A program made the position numbers and the translations under genes. A stretch of DNA of 64,000 nucleotides, from the IMG/VR virus record IMGVR_UViG_3300025277_000017; one strand, given 5' to 3'. The notes below the pieces were generated by a model. That model did not search any database. It saw only the letters and a program-made list of their open reading frames with translations, and was not told where the DNA came from. This DNA is from an uncultured virus (IMG/VR IMGVR_UViG_3300025277_000017). Taxonomy: Duplodnaviria; Heunggongvirae; Uroviricota; Caudoviricetes. Within the stretch, counting starts at the first letter, position 1, and the number at the start of each line of letters is the position of its first letter. Shown here piece by piece: positions 1 through 8,518 of the stretch.

Positions 1-104
1 GCATAATTGTCCACGATAGTGTAGAGGGTAGTACCCCCATTATTAACGCCACTGCCAACTTTCCCAACGGGTCTAAACCCAAAGGCCGCGTCAACATTAG
101 CCAT
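1..104 (-). CDS. Partial capsid-associated protein (5' end only)
   Basis: Hand translation MANVDAAFGFRPVGKVGSG..., GAGG SD upstream; an N-terminus of this type typically precedes the major capsid gene in such phages. Confidence 0.65.
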   Translation of the reverse strand, partial: MANVDAAFGFRPVGKVGSGVNNGGTTLYTIVDNY

Positions 105-131
105 GATTTTATCCTCACAGATAAATTGTTA

Positions 132-154
132 TACACACCCCCCATGGGTGTGTA
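132..154. other. Intergenic stem-loop
   Basis: TACACACCC-CCCAT-GGGTGTGTA, 9-bp perfect stem; no U-tract after it on the coding strand. Confidence 0.5.
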
Positions 155-181
155 AAAATTGTGTAAATTGTGTGGAGGAAA

Positions 182-649
182 CTAAGTGTTTCTTTTGCCA
201 CCAAAACTTACGCGAGTGCTTCTCTCTTTCGAGATCGGCATGCTAGGATGTTGGTCCTTCAAAGGATCGTTTGCGATTGCGTCGTCCTTATCCTGCGTTA
301 CTTGTGCAAAATATTTTTTACGCTCCTCTACCGTTTCCTTAGGAATTCGCGCTAGCATTAAACCTCCAACAGCTATGACACCATTATACTTGCCTGAATC
401 AATTTGAGGCCATTCAGTATCAGGATATTCATCCCCTCGGACAAATTCCCAACCTTCGCGCAGTCTAGCGGATACATTTTTTTGATCCATCTGTCCTACG
501 GACTCGGCCCTTATCCAGCGATGGACGAATCCAGCTGGTGCAGGTGGTGCATCTAGTGATGACGGTGGAGTCCATGGTTTCCTTCGAGAAGTTTTCTCTC
601 TGGTTTCAGACTCGCGTGATGGTAGTTTTTTTTCTTTTATATTTTCCAT
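182..649 (-). CDS. Conserved head-module protein
   Basis: 155 aa with WTPPSSLDAPPAPAGFVHRWIR and GGLMLARIP motifs; between scaffold and capsid genes. Confidence 0.75.
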   Translation of the reverse strand: MENIKEKKLPSRESETREKTSRRKPWTPPSSLDAPPAPAGFVHRWIRAESVGQMDQKNVSARLREGWEFVRGDEYPDTEWPQIDSGKYNGVIAVGGLMLARIPKETVEERKKYFAQVTQDKDDAIANDPLKDQHPSMPISKERSTRVSFGGKRNT

Positions 650-653
650 ATGC

Positions 654-1592
654 CTACTCCTTCACGTACTTCGCATATTCGCTTAGTGGCACACCTAGTT
701 TTTTTGAAATGGCTACCTGTGATGGTGTGAGTCGCACAGTGCCTTTGCGCCTGATTGGCATACCTCTGTTTGCAGAGGCAACTGCCTGCATAGGCGGTGA
801 ACCTTGTTCAAACTTATGAGGAAATGTATCCCTCATCCTTTTGTCTACTTCATTATAGTACGAATCGGATGTGGTGTCAAATCCTTCTTCAACCAGTTTA
901 CGATGAATTGAGAAGGATGTCAAGGTCATTGGTTCATCTTCCCCAAACCACTTGTTTTTTTCAGCCCAGTTCTCTGCCTTTGGATCCGGCGGAGGAGGCG
1001 CTTGTGGCCGTGGTGGCTGGTACTGGGGCATTTGTGGTTGACGTGGGTCAACCCCCCTTGCCCTCATTTCCTGAGCCAATCTCTCCCTTTGGGCCTTGTG
1101 GGATGCCGCACGGTCCTCTTCTATAGCCAAACGGCTAAGTTGAGCCTGTGCATCAACCTGTTTATCAACGTCCCCTAGATCCATCGCGTCCTTCAATGAC
1201 TTCTTGGCTTCAGCAATCTGCGATGCCACACGGTCACCAAATTCAGCAACATATCCATGGTCCAACGCCTGGGCCTGTTGTCTTATTTTCTGTGATTCAC
1301 CTTGCACTCCTTGTGCATACTGAATGGCAGCCTGTTCTCGTCTTTCTGTTTCCCTTAATTTCTTGGTCAGCTTGTCAATTCGTGACTGAACTTTCCTGCC
1401 GTAGTCCTCAACCTCGGATTCTGAGGCCGCAACTACTTCCTTTTCCCCCACATCTATTATACTGTCATTATCTGACGTGACAGCTGTTGGGGTATCCTTT
1501 ATCTCAACATCAACGGAAGATCCCTCATTGGGGATATCGACCATTTTTTCATCCGCCTCGGCCTGTGTTTGTACCTTGGTTTCTGCAGGCAT
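654..1592 (-). CDS. Putative capsid scaffolding protein
   Basis: 312 aa, acidic N-terminus, long coiled coil, C-terminal LTPSQVAISKKLGVPLSEYAKY; position downstream of portal. Confidence 0.7.
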   Translation of the reverse strand: MPAETKVQTQAEADEKMVDIPNEGSSVDVEIKDTPTAVTSDNDSIIDVGEKEVVAASESEVEDYGRKVQSRIDKLTKKLRETERREQAAIQYAQGVQGESQKIRQQAQALDHGYVAEFGDRVASQIAEAKKSLKDAMDLGDVDKQVDAQAQLSRLAIEEDRAASHKAQRERLAQEMRARGVDPRQPQMPQYQPPRPQAPPPPDPKAENWAEKNKWFGEDEPMTLTSFSIHRKLVEEGFDTTSDSYYNEVDKRMRDTFPHKFEQGSPPMQAVASANRGMPIRRKGTVRLTPSQVAISKKLGVPLSEYAKYVKE

Positions 1593-1604
1593 AATTTACT
1601 CCTG

Positions 1605-2099
1605 TTATTTGTATTGCAAGATATCCTCCGGGTCCTTTACCACGGCGATTATCTCGTCATCATTAAGTATTCTCACTTCACCACCCTCTATTCCAAAACG
1701 GGATCCGGCGTAGCGACCGAATATAATCCAGTCGTTTTTCTTGCACCATGGTCCGTTTGGAAATCTCTCTGTGTCTCTGTATGCATCTGGCCCAACTTTC
1801 AAGACTAATGCTGTAACTGTTGTATAGCCCCGCTCCTCGATTGTCTCATCAGACAATATTATTCCACCCTTTGTCTTTCCTTGCCCCTTGTATGGCAGAA
1901 CGAGTATTCTCCATCCTGTGGGATTTGGTAATCTATCTAAAATTTTATCTGTTGGCAGATGCTTAATCTCATTAAGGGCCTCCTGTTGTATTTTTGCAAC
2001 AAACCGGTTTTCCTTTTCTTCCGCAATTTTGTTATTTTCATCCGCCTCTATGGATAAGTCTTTTTCTTCCAGGGCGAATCTACGTTTCGGTATCTCCAT
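1605..2099 (-). CDS. groES: GroES-like co-chaperonin with N-terminal extension
   Basis: PTGWRILV..KTKGGIIL..VLKVGP..RYAG..ILNDDEIIAVV. Confidence 0.9.
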   Translation of the reverse strand: MEIPKRRFALEEKDLSIEADENNKIAEEKENRFVAKIQQEALNEIKHLPTDKILDRLPNPTGWRILVLPYKGQGKTKGGIILSDETIEERGYTTVTALVLKVGPDAYRDTERFPNGPWCKKNDWIIFGRYAGSRFGIEGGEVRILNDDEIIAVVKDPEDILQYK

Positions 2100-2277
2100 C
2101 TTCTTTTTTCTGCAGGTCCTGTATTTCCTGTTCCATTATGTTATAAGCCTTGAATTCACCAACCGTTTTGTTGTACACGTCCCAGCTGTGAATGCCATTG
2201 GCGATAACTGTTTTTATCTGTTCCTTGCGCTCCCTAACCCTCTTTAGGATCAGGTAAATAGCGGTAGTATCTTCCAT
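2080..2277 (-). CDS. Hypothetical protein
   Basis: 65 aa ORF coupled to both neighbours. Confidence 0.75.
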   Translation of the reverse strand: MEDTTAIYLILKRVRERKEQIKTVIANGIHSWDVYNKTVGEFKAYNIMEQEIQDLQKKEDGDTET

Positions 2278-2630
2278 TAATTATTTTCAATTTCGATAAT
2301 CTGTTTTTCACATTTATCGGCAACTCCACGAACAGAGGATTTAGCTCCTGGCATAATTGACCAGCCAATTTTTTCCACATATTCATCTCTTTGCCAATAA
2401 CTTTTCTCTTTCAGTTCCGCGAACCTCTCAACTTTGTTGGGGTCCTTAAGATACTGTGCGACGCAGATCGGTACAAGATTTTCTAGGACAACTTCTTTAG
2501 CCATTTTCTTACCTTCTTCTTCGGCAGTACTACTTGTCACTACCCATCCTGTCCAAAAAACAACGATTAGCAATACTATAGATCCAGTCACTATTCCCCA
2601 TATAAAAGGGGGTTTTATCATTTCTTTCAT
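2277..2630 (-). CDS. Membrane-anchored protein
   Basis: N-terminal TM helix, PICVAQ and a second Cys; AT-rich upstream gap. Confidence 0.7.
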   Translation of the reverse strand: MKEMIKPPFIWGIVTGSIVLLIVVFWTGWVVTSSTAEEEGKKMAKEVVLENLVPICVAQYLKDPNKVERFAELKEKSYWQRDEYVEKIGWSIMPGAKSSVRGVADKCEKQIIEIENN

Positions 2631-2675
2631 TAATTTTCCTTTTTTTCTTTATATATTATTTTAATTTAATTACAA

Positions 2676-3110
2676 CTATTTTTTAACCAAACTTCCACCA
2701 AAATACAATCCGACGATCGCAGCCATAAGGTGCGTGTCCATTGGCGTTATGACAACACCGGCGAACTGCCTGTCAACAAGCATTTCCTTCTGCTCTATGA
2801 GGAACAAGAAACCTCTACTGAACTCCGTCCATGTGAGAAATACCGATACGTCAAAGAAGACCGGCACTATCTTTGGCCATACGATTATGAAGAATACCGC
2901 CGTCAGCGCGATTATCCTCCTTGTCCATGTAAATCCTTTGTTATCATATTGTCTTGCCTTTTCAATCGCGTCCATCTGGAATTTTCCGCGTGCGAGAAGC
3001 ATCTTCTGCTCCGCCTGTTTCGCCTTGATCGACTGTCCCCAGATGGTCATGAAACCACCCAGAAGGGAGGACCCTAGCATTGTGACCATTTCAACGGGCA
3101 ATCCAAACAT
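2676..3110 (-). CDS. Membrane protein, holin-like
   Basis: Three hydrophobic segments, WTRR motif, ends GLYFGGSLVKK. Confidence 0.55.
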   Translation of the reverse strand: MFGLPVEMVTMLGSSLLGGFMTIWGQSIKAKQAEQKMLLARGKFQMDAIEKARQYDNKGFTWTRRIIALTAVFFIIVWPKIVPVFFDVSVFLTWTEFSRGFLFLIEQKEMLVDRQFAGVVITPMDTHLMAAIVGLYFGGSLVKK

Positions 3111-4018
3111 TAGCTTAACCTCAGTAAACTTACTATTCCACCGCGTTTGGCGAACTGTGTACTATGCACGTTAATCATCGCCTGCTGCAAGTTGGCCTGT
3201 GGGGTATAGTAGTTCGCCATTTGCTCAACTGGATTTCCTCTTCGTGGGTCTCCGTAATATCCGGTGCCTCCACCGCCACCGCCGCCACCGCTATCCCAAT
3301 ACGACGTCGCCGATTGGTCAGTTTTTGCCAGATCCTGCGCAGTGCGTTCGTCCCAGTAGGCATCTTTCGCTGTTCCGTAATCAAAGTCCGTTTGACCTTG
3401 GTACTGGTCCATCAACGACTTTCCCAGTCCGGTATATATATATTGTGGGCTTATTTTCTGATCATATTCATCAGTCCTTTTTCCAGTCATAATAGGATCC
3501 CCCCCATATGCCGTTGTAACAATGCTGGGCATTCCAAACTGGTCACGCCATGCAGCGCTCCCCAGTATTTCTTCTTCTGTAAATCCTTTTTCTTTATTTA
3601 CTCTAATAAATTCTTTTCCTTCCCAGCTTTTAGCGTATTTTTCCTGACCTGCTTCCAGGGAAGCTAATTGCTGTATTCTTTCTAGTTCAGTCATTGACTC
3701 CCAAGCCTGCTGTTCTGAAGGGGTTGCTGCTGGGGTTGTCGGGGTTGATGGTCCTAATCCCAATTTTTCCCTTCTTACATCAGGAATTCCACTAACATAA
3801 TCCTTTAATACTTGAGCCGCCGCAGTGTTCCCTTCTCCTTTTGCTTCTAATTCTCTAAGCTTTTTTTCAAACTTATGCTCGCCTGTTCCGCCTGTTTCAC
3901 CTTTTGGTCCACCATCAGGTGTCGTTGATCCACCATTACCAGAAGAATATGGTGTTCCACCATGAGTGGCTCCAGCAGTGGTTGGGCCACCATAATTAGG
4001 TCCTTGTACCCACACCAT
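3110..4018 (-). CDS. Putative internal virion protein
   Basis: 302 aa, Gly-rich, ends FAKRGGIVSLLRLS. Confidence 0.6.
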   Translation of the reverse strand: MVWVQGPNYGGPTTAGATHGGTPYSSGNGGSTTPDGGPKGETGGTGEHKFEKKLRELEAKGEGNTAAAQVLKDYVSGIPDVRREKLGLGPSTPTTPAATPSEQQAWESMTELERIQQLASLEAGQEKYAKSWEGKEFIRVNKEKGFTEEEILGSAAWRDQFGMPSIVTTAYGGDPIMTGKRTDEYDQKISPQYIYTGLGKSLMDQYQGQTDFDYGTAKDAYWDERTAQDLAKTDQSATSYWDSGGGGGGGGTGYYGDPRRGNPVEQMANYYTPQANLQQAMINVHSTQFAKRGGIVSLLRLS

Positions 4019-4020
4019 TT

Positions 4021-5202
4021 TTAGTACCCCAACCTTTTTCTTCTAAGCCACGCACGATATTCTTCCTCGTTCTCAAATATTTGTTGATCAGGGTTAAATG
4101 GATCGTGGGGTCCTCTTGGGGGAAACGGTAAGGAATAATTCTCTCGTGTATAAGGAGCTCGCATAGCTCTCATAATTCCTGCCTCCCTTGCTGAATCGTT
4201 ATAAGGTATAATTGGTGGTATAGGTTCCCCTCCAAATTCTATTCCTATTTCCGGGTACGGATATTCCTGAAATTTATCAAAATCTCCTTGTGGATTTGGA
4301 ATTCCCAGAGGAGCTGAAACTGGAGATACATACTCGTTTTGTCTTCTAATATAATCTTCCCTTCCTTCGTCAAAAGAAAGTGGCTCAGCCCATTCGTCTG
4401 GTACATCGGCAAATACCATTTCTCCTTGGTTACTCTTAGAGTAATAGTCGTCTTGCTTTTCTTGTGCGCCCCATTGACTTTCAATTGCATCGTCTAAAAT
4501 ATCCGAAGAGATTGTTGTTTCAAAATTATCGATCTTTTTTTGCTCTTCATCAACTAATGCTTGAATTTTTTCTTCACGTGTTAGTTCTTCAGGTACCAAT
4601 GAAGGTTCCCCTTCTGGATGTGGCCATGGTCCTTCATACTCATACGGAGGTGGTCCTCCATATGGAACATCTTCGAGGTGTGGTCCAAATGTCTTTGCTA
4701 CGTATTCAGCTTTTTCCTCGGGTGTATCACCTGCAAGAGCACTAGTAATACCACTATAAGCCGAATCACCAAAATCCTTAATTCTCTTCTTTGTCTTTCC
4801 AGCCAGTTCTGAAAGCATCGCACCCCATATTCCACCTTTATCCGCATAATCCATAAATCCACCTGTAAGTGGATACATCTGATTGTAAGCGGGCTTGTTT
4901 AACTGACGAAAATCTTCCGTACTACGCATGAATGCATCTTGAGCGCCCTGTGGTGTTACAACACCAGCAAGCGACATTCCGGCGTCAGTGTATTTTCTGT
5001 TCCTGTTCCAGTCGCGTCTTAGTTCTTTTAGCCTGTCAACATCCGCTCCGCCTAGATTAGGTTGGCGCTGCAAGTCCATCATTTCACGATGGACTATACC
5101 GGCGCCACTTGTACGAAGAGCCTGTGCACTACGTGCTGGATGCGTCCTCCTTACTCGAGGAGCCCTAGAAGCTAGATATTTATCTCTTCCTTCTTCAGCC
5201 AT
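4021..5202 (-). CDS. Hypothetical protein (acidic, Pro-rich C-half)
   Basis: 393 aa ORF in operon. Confidence 0.7.
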   Translation of the reverse strand: MAEEGRDKYLASRAPRVRRTHPARSAQALRTSGAGIVHREMMDLQRQPNLGGADVDRLKELRRDWNRNRKYTDAGMSLAGVVTPQGAQDAFMRSTEDFRQLNKPAYNQMYPLTGGFMDYADKGGIWGAMLSELAGKTKKRIKDFGDSAYSGITSALAGDTPEEKAEYVAKTFGPHLEDVPYGGPPPYEYEGPWPHPEGEPSLVPEELTREEKIQALVDEEQKKIDNFETTISSDILDDAIESQWGAQEKQDDYYSKSNQGEMVFADVPDEWAEPLSFDEGREDYIRRQNEYVSPVSAPLGIPNPQGDFDKFQEYPYPEIGIEFGGEPIPPIIPYNDSAREAGIMRAMRAPYTRENYSLPFPPRGPHDPFNPDQQIFENEEEYRAWLRRKRLGY

Positions 5203-5333
5203 TATCCACCTATAATTATTACTTTAAGGACCACCAGAACGATAATCACTACAATTCCGGATTTAATCCAATCCTTCAATTTCCAGTCATTCCATTCCTT
5301 TAGATGTCCCCAAAGATCTTTCAATAAATTCAT
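5202..5333 (-). CDS. Small membrane protein (43 aa; not in ORF track)
   Basis: MNLLKDLWGHLKEWNDWKLKDWIKSGIVVIIVLVVLKVIIIGG; AGGAGGT SD; TAATG overlap with next gene. Confidence 0.8.
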   Translation of the reverse strand: MNLLKDLWGHLKEWNDWKLKDWIKSGIVVIIVLVVLKVIIIGG

Positions 5334-5346
5334 ATCGACCTCCTTG

Positions 5347-5580
5347 TTAACATTGTTTATCTTTCATACCACCACTTACTCGACCTCCATGGTGATATTT
5401 CTTCTTCATCATTCCACCTTTTTTCTTCTTCACCGTTCCACCTGCTTTATATTTTTTCTTTGTTCCACCCTTCTTGTATCCGGCCATGTTGACCTTCTGT
5501 CCTGTGGCACGCGCATGCTTCTGTGCCTGTTGCACTCCAGCTGAAGTGTATGGAAATTTTTTACTTCCTACCTTTGGCAT
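5347..5580 (-). CDS. Small Lys-rich protein with xxGG repeats
   Basis: Start reassigned to MPKVGSKKFPY (GGAGG SD); YKKGG, YKAGG, KKKGG, YHHGG. Confidence 0.8.
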   Translation of the reverse strand: MPKVGSKKFPYTSAGVQQAQKHARATGQKVNMAGYKKGGTKKKYKAGGTVKKKKGGMMKKKYHHGGRVSGGMKDKQC

Positions 5581-5719
5581 TTGCAGTTCCTCCTTTTTTC
5601 TTGTTAATAAGTCCACCTTTTTTTGTGGGCTTACCGCTGTATTTTTCCGTCCATCTCTTGGCGATTGCCGGCTCCTTAGCCCACATGTATTTTCTTTGTT
5701 TTTCCGACTTGAATGGCAT
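5561..5719 (-). CDS. Small basic protein (52 aa; not in ORF track)
   Basis: MPFKSEKQRKYMWAKEPAIAKRWTEKYSGKPTKKGGLINKKKGGTANAKGRK; TAATG coupling. Confidence 0.8.
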   Translation of the reverse strand: MPFKSEKQRKYMWAKEPAIAKRWTEKYSGKPTKKGGLINKKKGGTANAKGRK

Positions 5720-5997
5720 TAATGTAAGGTTGGTTTCTCGCCTTCCCGAAAAAATTCTATAAGTTCTTCCTGGATATGAAAACTTTGAGCAACGGCCTCG
5801 AACATTCGTGAAGCGTCAAAAGGGCCCAATGCCTCAACATACATGTTGCGGGTCACTGCCAACAACGCACCACAAACTTGCAAATAGTCTTCATTGGAAC
5901 TTATCTCTTCCTTCGCTACCTGTTCAATCTTTTGCATCACTGTGCTAAGTTTTTCAAGTTGTTTTTTTATTCTGTCCGTTTGCTTTTGATCTTGCAT
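5719..5997 (-). CDS. Hypothetical protein
   Basis: 92 aa overlapping the portal 3' end; ends KPTLH. Confidence 0.7.
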   Translation of the reverse strand: MQDQKQTDRIKKQLEKLSTVMQKIEQVAKEEISSNEDYLQVCGALLAVTRNMYVEALGPFDASRMFEAVAQSFHIQEELIEFFREGEKPTLH

Positions 5998-8518
5998 TTT
6001 CCCTTGCTATTCTTTCAGCTGATTGATTTTTCCTTTCAGCCACTTCATTCTTCATGGCTTCCCTAGTGGCCGCCATGTTCTCTTTCAGAAGCGCCATTGC
6101 TTCCGTGGAATCTTCCTTATTAACATCTGCTGACGCTTTCATCAAGTCAATACTTGTTTCCGCTTCCAGCTTGTCCCTTTCAAGGTCAAGTTTTTCAGCG
6201 TCCACCATCATGTCCTTCTGCAATTTCATTTGCGTTTCCATTGCCTTTAGGTCAATTTCTTGCTGTTTAAGCTTGATTAGTGGATCTTGAGCTTCTCGTT
6301 TCATTCTAGCCTCTTCGTCTTGCGCCAGTTGTTGAGTCATTTGTGCTTCAATTTGTGCCTGTTCAGCAGCCTGCTGATTTACTAATTGATCCTGTTGCTG
6401 TTGCAATTGTTGCATTGCTTGTAGATTCTGTTGTGCCTGTTGCATTTGCTGCTGCAACTGTTGCAATTGTTGTTTATATTTTTCTTGTACCTGTTGCCCC
6501 GCAATCAATGAGATATGCTCCGATACGTGTGCCTGCAGCATAGCGTACAACTGCGGATTGATCTGCACCATTCTTGTAAACATAAACTCGGCGTGTGCCT
6601 GCATATGCGCCATGTGGTCCTGCATTGGAAATGACTTTGGCTCTTTTCCACGCATTGCACCGGCATTCTCCATTGCCGGACTCATGGGTTCCGGAATCTC
6701 CGGATCCGGCTTCAGTATCGCTTCAACGTTGTCAACACCCATCGCGTCATACATTCTTCTGTATGCCTCGCGCAAATTATGAAGCTGCGGTGCGGCACTT
6801 GCCAATTGCAGTTGCTGCTGCGCCAGCGTAACACGCTGCGCCATTGAGAATATATTCGGATCGGATACTGGAATAACATCAATACGGTCATCAAAATCCG
6901 ATTGCTTAATTTCCTGATTTCCACCAACAACCATGTAAGGATATTGAGGTGGAAGATAAATCTGAAATACTTTTGCCAGTAACTTGAATTCAATCTTCTG
7001 TGCATAGTGCAGTCGCTTGTGTATTGCACTCATGACTTTTGTTCCACGCTCTAAAAGAGCAAGTGTTGTTCCTACAGGATTTTGCTCGTTTCCTTCTCCC
7101 ATTTTCATGTCCGCAATCGCAGCAAAAGATTTTCCTGCGTCAACTGCAAATCCTAAAAGAGCAAACAGAACCTGTGATGGTTCCTTGTAGGGAAGTGGTA
7201 ATAGTGATTCCTTGATTGAAACTCCTGTAACATCCACATCACGAAATTCTCCTGGCTGTAAAGGCTCATCATGGTCGCGTATACGCATTCCTCGTGCCTT
7301 GAAACCTGCTGGCAGATTGGCAAGAGTACCTGCATCAATTAACTGCCGCAAAACACTTGTTGCAGTTCTTGACAATCCACCTAGCATATGTATTAGACCA
7401 AAGCCGTAAAAGCCCAGTCCTGGGAGGAACTTGTAGTGTACAAAATAGTGGTTCTTTACAAAGTTTGGATCATTCTGTTTCCAGTTTCTTCTTATGGAAA
7501 GAACCGTCCTTGAAAATTGGTCTATTGAAACTATGTAGGGAAGCTTTACGCCGGACGTGTCCTCAAATCCGGGGATGTCGGCATTAACATGCATCTCCAG
7601 TATGACATGCTCGTCATCATCGGATGAATAATTCTTTTCAACACCATGCAATTCATCAACCTTATCAACAGTATCGGATGACTCCGTCTGTCCTGTTGGA
7701 AGTTCCACGTCACGGTAGAATCCACCCAGTTGCTGCTTTCTTACATCATTTCCGTTTGTCTTTATGACATGCGTTATTCTATCTGCACTTTCCAGATCCG
7801 TTGCCATGTAGTTGATTACCAAATCCTCACTGGTAATGAACTTTGCCACCGCACGTTTTAATAATCCATCATAATATACTTTCTTGAACGCCGATCCTGA
7901 AAGTGGAAGATAAAACAGCAGTTGGTCCATGTCCGGATCGTACTCACGCATGACATCAGTAATCTGATAGTTCATGAATTGCTGCACCCTCTTCGCCTGA
8001 TCTTGAACTTCAGGTGTCGAGAGTCCTACAACTTGGGTACGAACGGGGCCGCTTGGGGGGAGAAGTTCCTTATACGCTTGGGCTTGAAACTGTGTAACAG
8101 ATTCAGCGAGTAAGGGGTGAACGACCCCGGACGCTCCTTCGAACGGTTGGGTACGGTCTTCATACTTGAAGCCCATCATATCAAGGCCTTTGACATAGGA
8201 TTCCTCCCAGTCCTTCCTTGAATCCTTATCCGATTCGAATCCTGCAAGCAGGTCGTTTGACAACCTACCTAACTCATTATCTTCAATATAGTCCGCCAGA
8301 TTCGCATCATGCGGAATATTTGCTGTGTCTATTGGCGCGTTGGGATCAAAATTAACGTCTGCACTTCCATCCTCATTTTCCATCAATTCAATGTCCGGAT
8401 CAAACTTAACACTTTTATCCAGTTCCAGTTGCACCTCTTCGCCGGCTGGCTCTATGTCCAAAGCCCCCGTCAGCGCCTCTAACGCCTTGTCTATGTTATT
8501 TTTTCTATTGTCTGCCAT
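5954..8518 (-). CDS. Portal protein
   Basis: 854 aa; GASGVVHPLLAESVTQFQAQAYKELLP, GSAFKKVYYD, Q-rich C-terminal coil as in P22-like portals. Confidence 0.9.
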   Translation of the reverse strand: MADNRKNNIDKALEALTGALDIEPAGEEVQLELDKSVKFDPDIELMENEDGSADVNFDPNAPIDTANIPHDANLADYIEDNELGRLSNDLLAGFESDKDSRKDWEESYVKGLDMMGFKYEDRTQPFEGASGVVHPLLAESVTQFQAQAYKELLPPSGPVRTQVVGLSTPEVQDQAKRVQQFMNYQITDVMREYDPDMDQLLFYLPLSGSAFKKVYYDGLLKRAVAKFITSEDLVINYMATDLESADRITHVIKTNGNDVRKQQLGGFYRDVELPTGQTESSDTVDKVDELHGVEKNYSSDDDEHVILEMHVNADIPGFEDTSGVKLPYIVSIDQFSRTVLSIRRNWKQNDPNFVKNHYFVHYKFLPGLGFYGFGLIHMLGGLSRTATSVLRQLIDAGTLANLPAGFKARGMRIRDHDEPLQPGEFRDVDVTGVSIKESLLPLPYKEPSQVLFALLGFAVDAGKSFAAIADMKMGEGNEQNPVGTTLALLERGTKVMSAIHKRLHYAQKIEFKLLAKVFQIYLPPQYPYMVVGGNQEIKQSDFDDRIDVIPVSDPNIFSMAQRVTLAQQQLQLASAAPQLHNLREAYRRMYDAMGVDNVEAILKPDPEIPEPMSPAMENAGAMRGKEPKSFPMQDHMAHMQAHAEFMFTRMVQINPQLYAMLQAHVSEHISLIAGQQVQEKYKQQLQQLQQQMQQAQQNLQAMQQLQQQQDQLVNQQAAEQAQIEAQMTQQLAQDEEARMKREAQDPLIKLKQQEIDLKAMETQMKLQKDMMVDAEKLDLERDKLEAETSIDLMKASADVNKEDSTEAMALLKENMAATREAMKNEVAERKNQSAERIARENARSKANGQNKKTT

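Noticed and set aside
6340..6500. CAG/CAA-rich tract in the portal gene as a repeat element
   Set aside because: Explained by the Gln-rich coiled-coil barrel of P22-like portals
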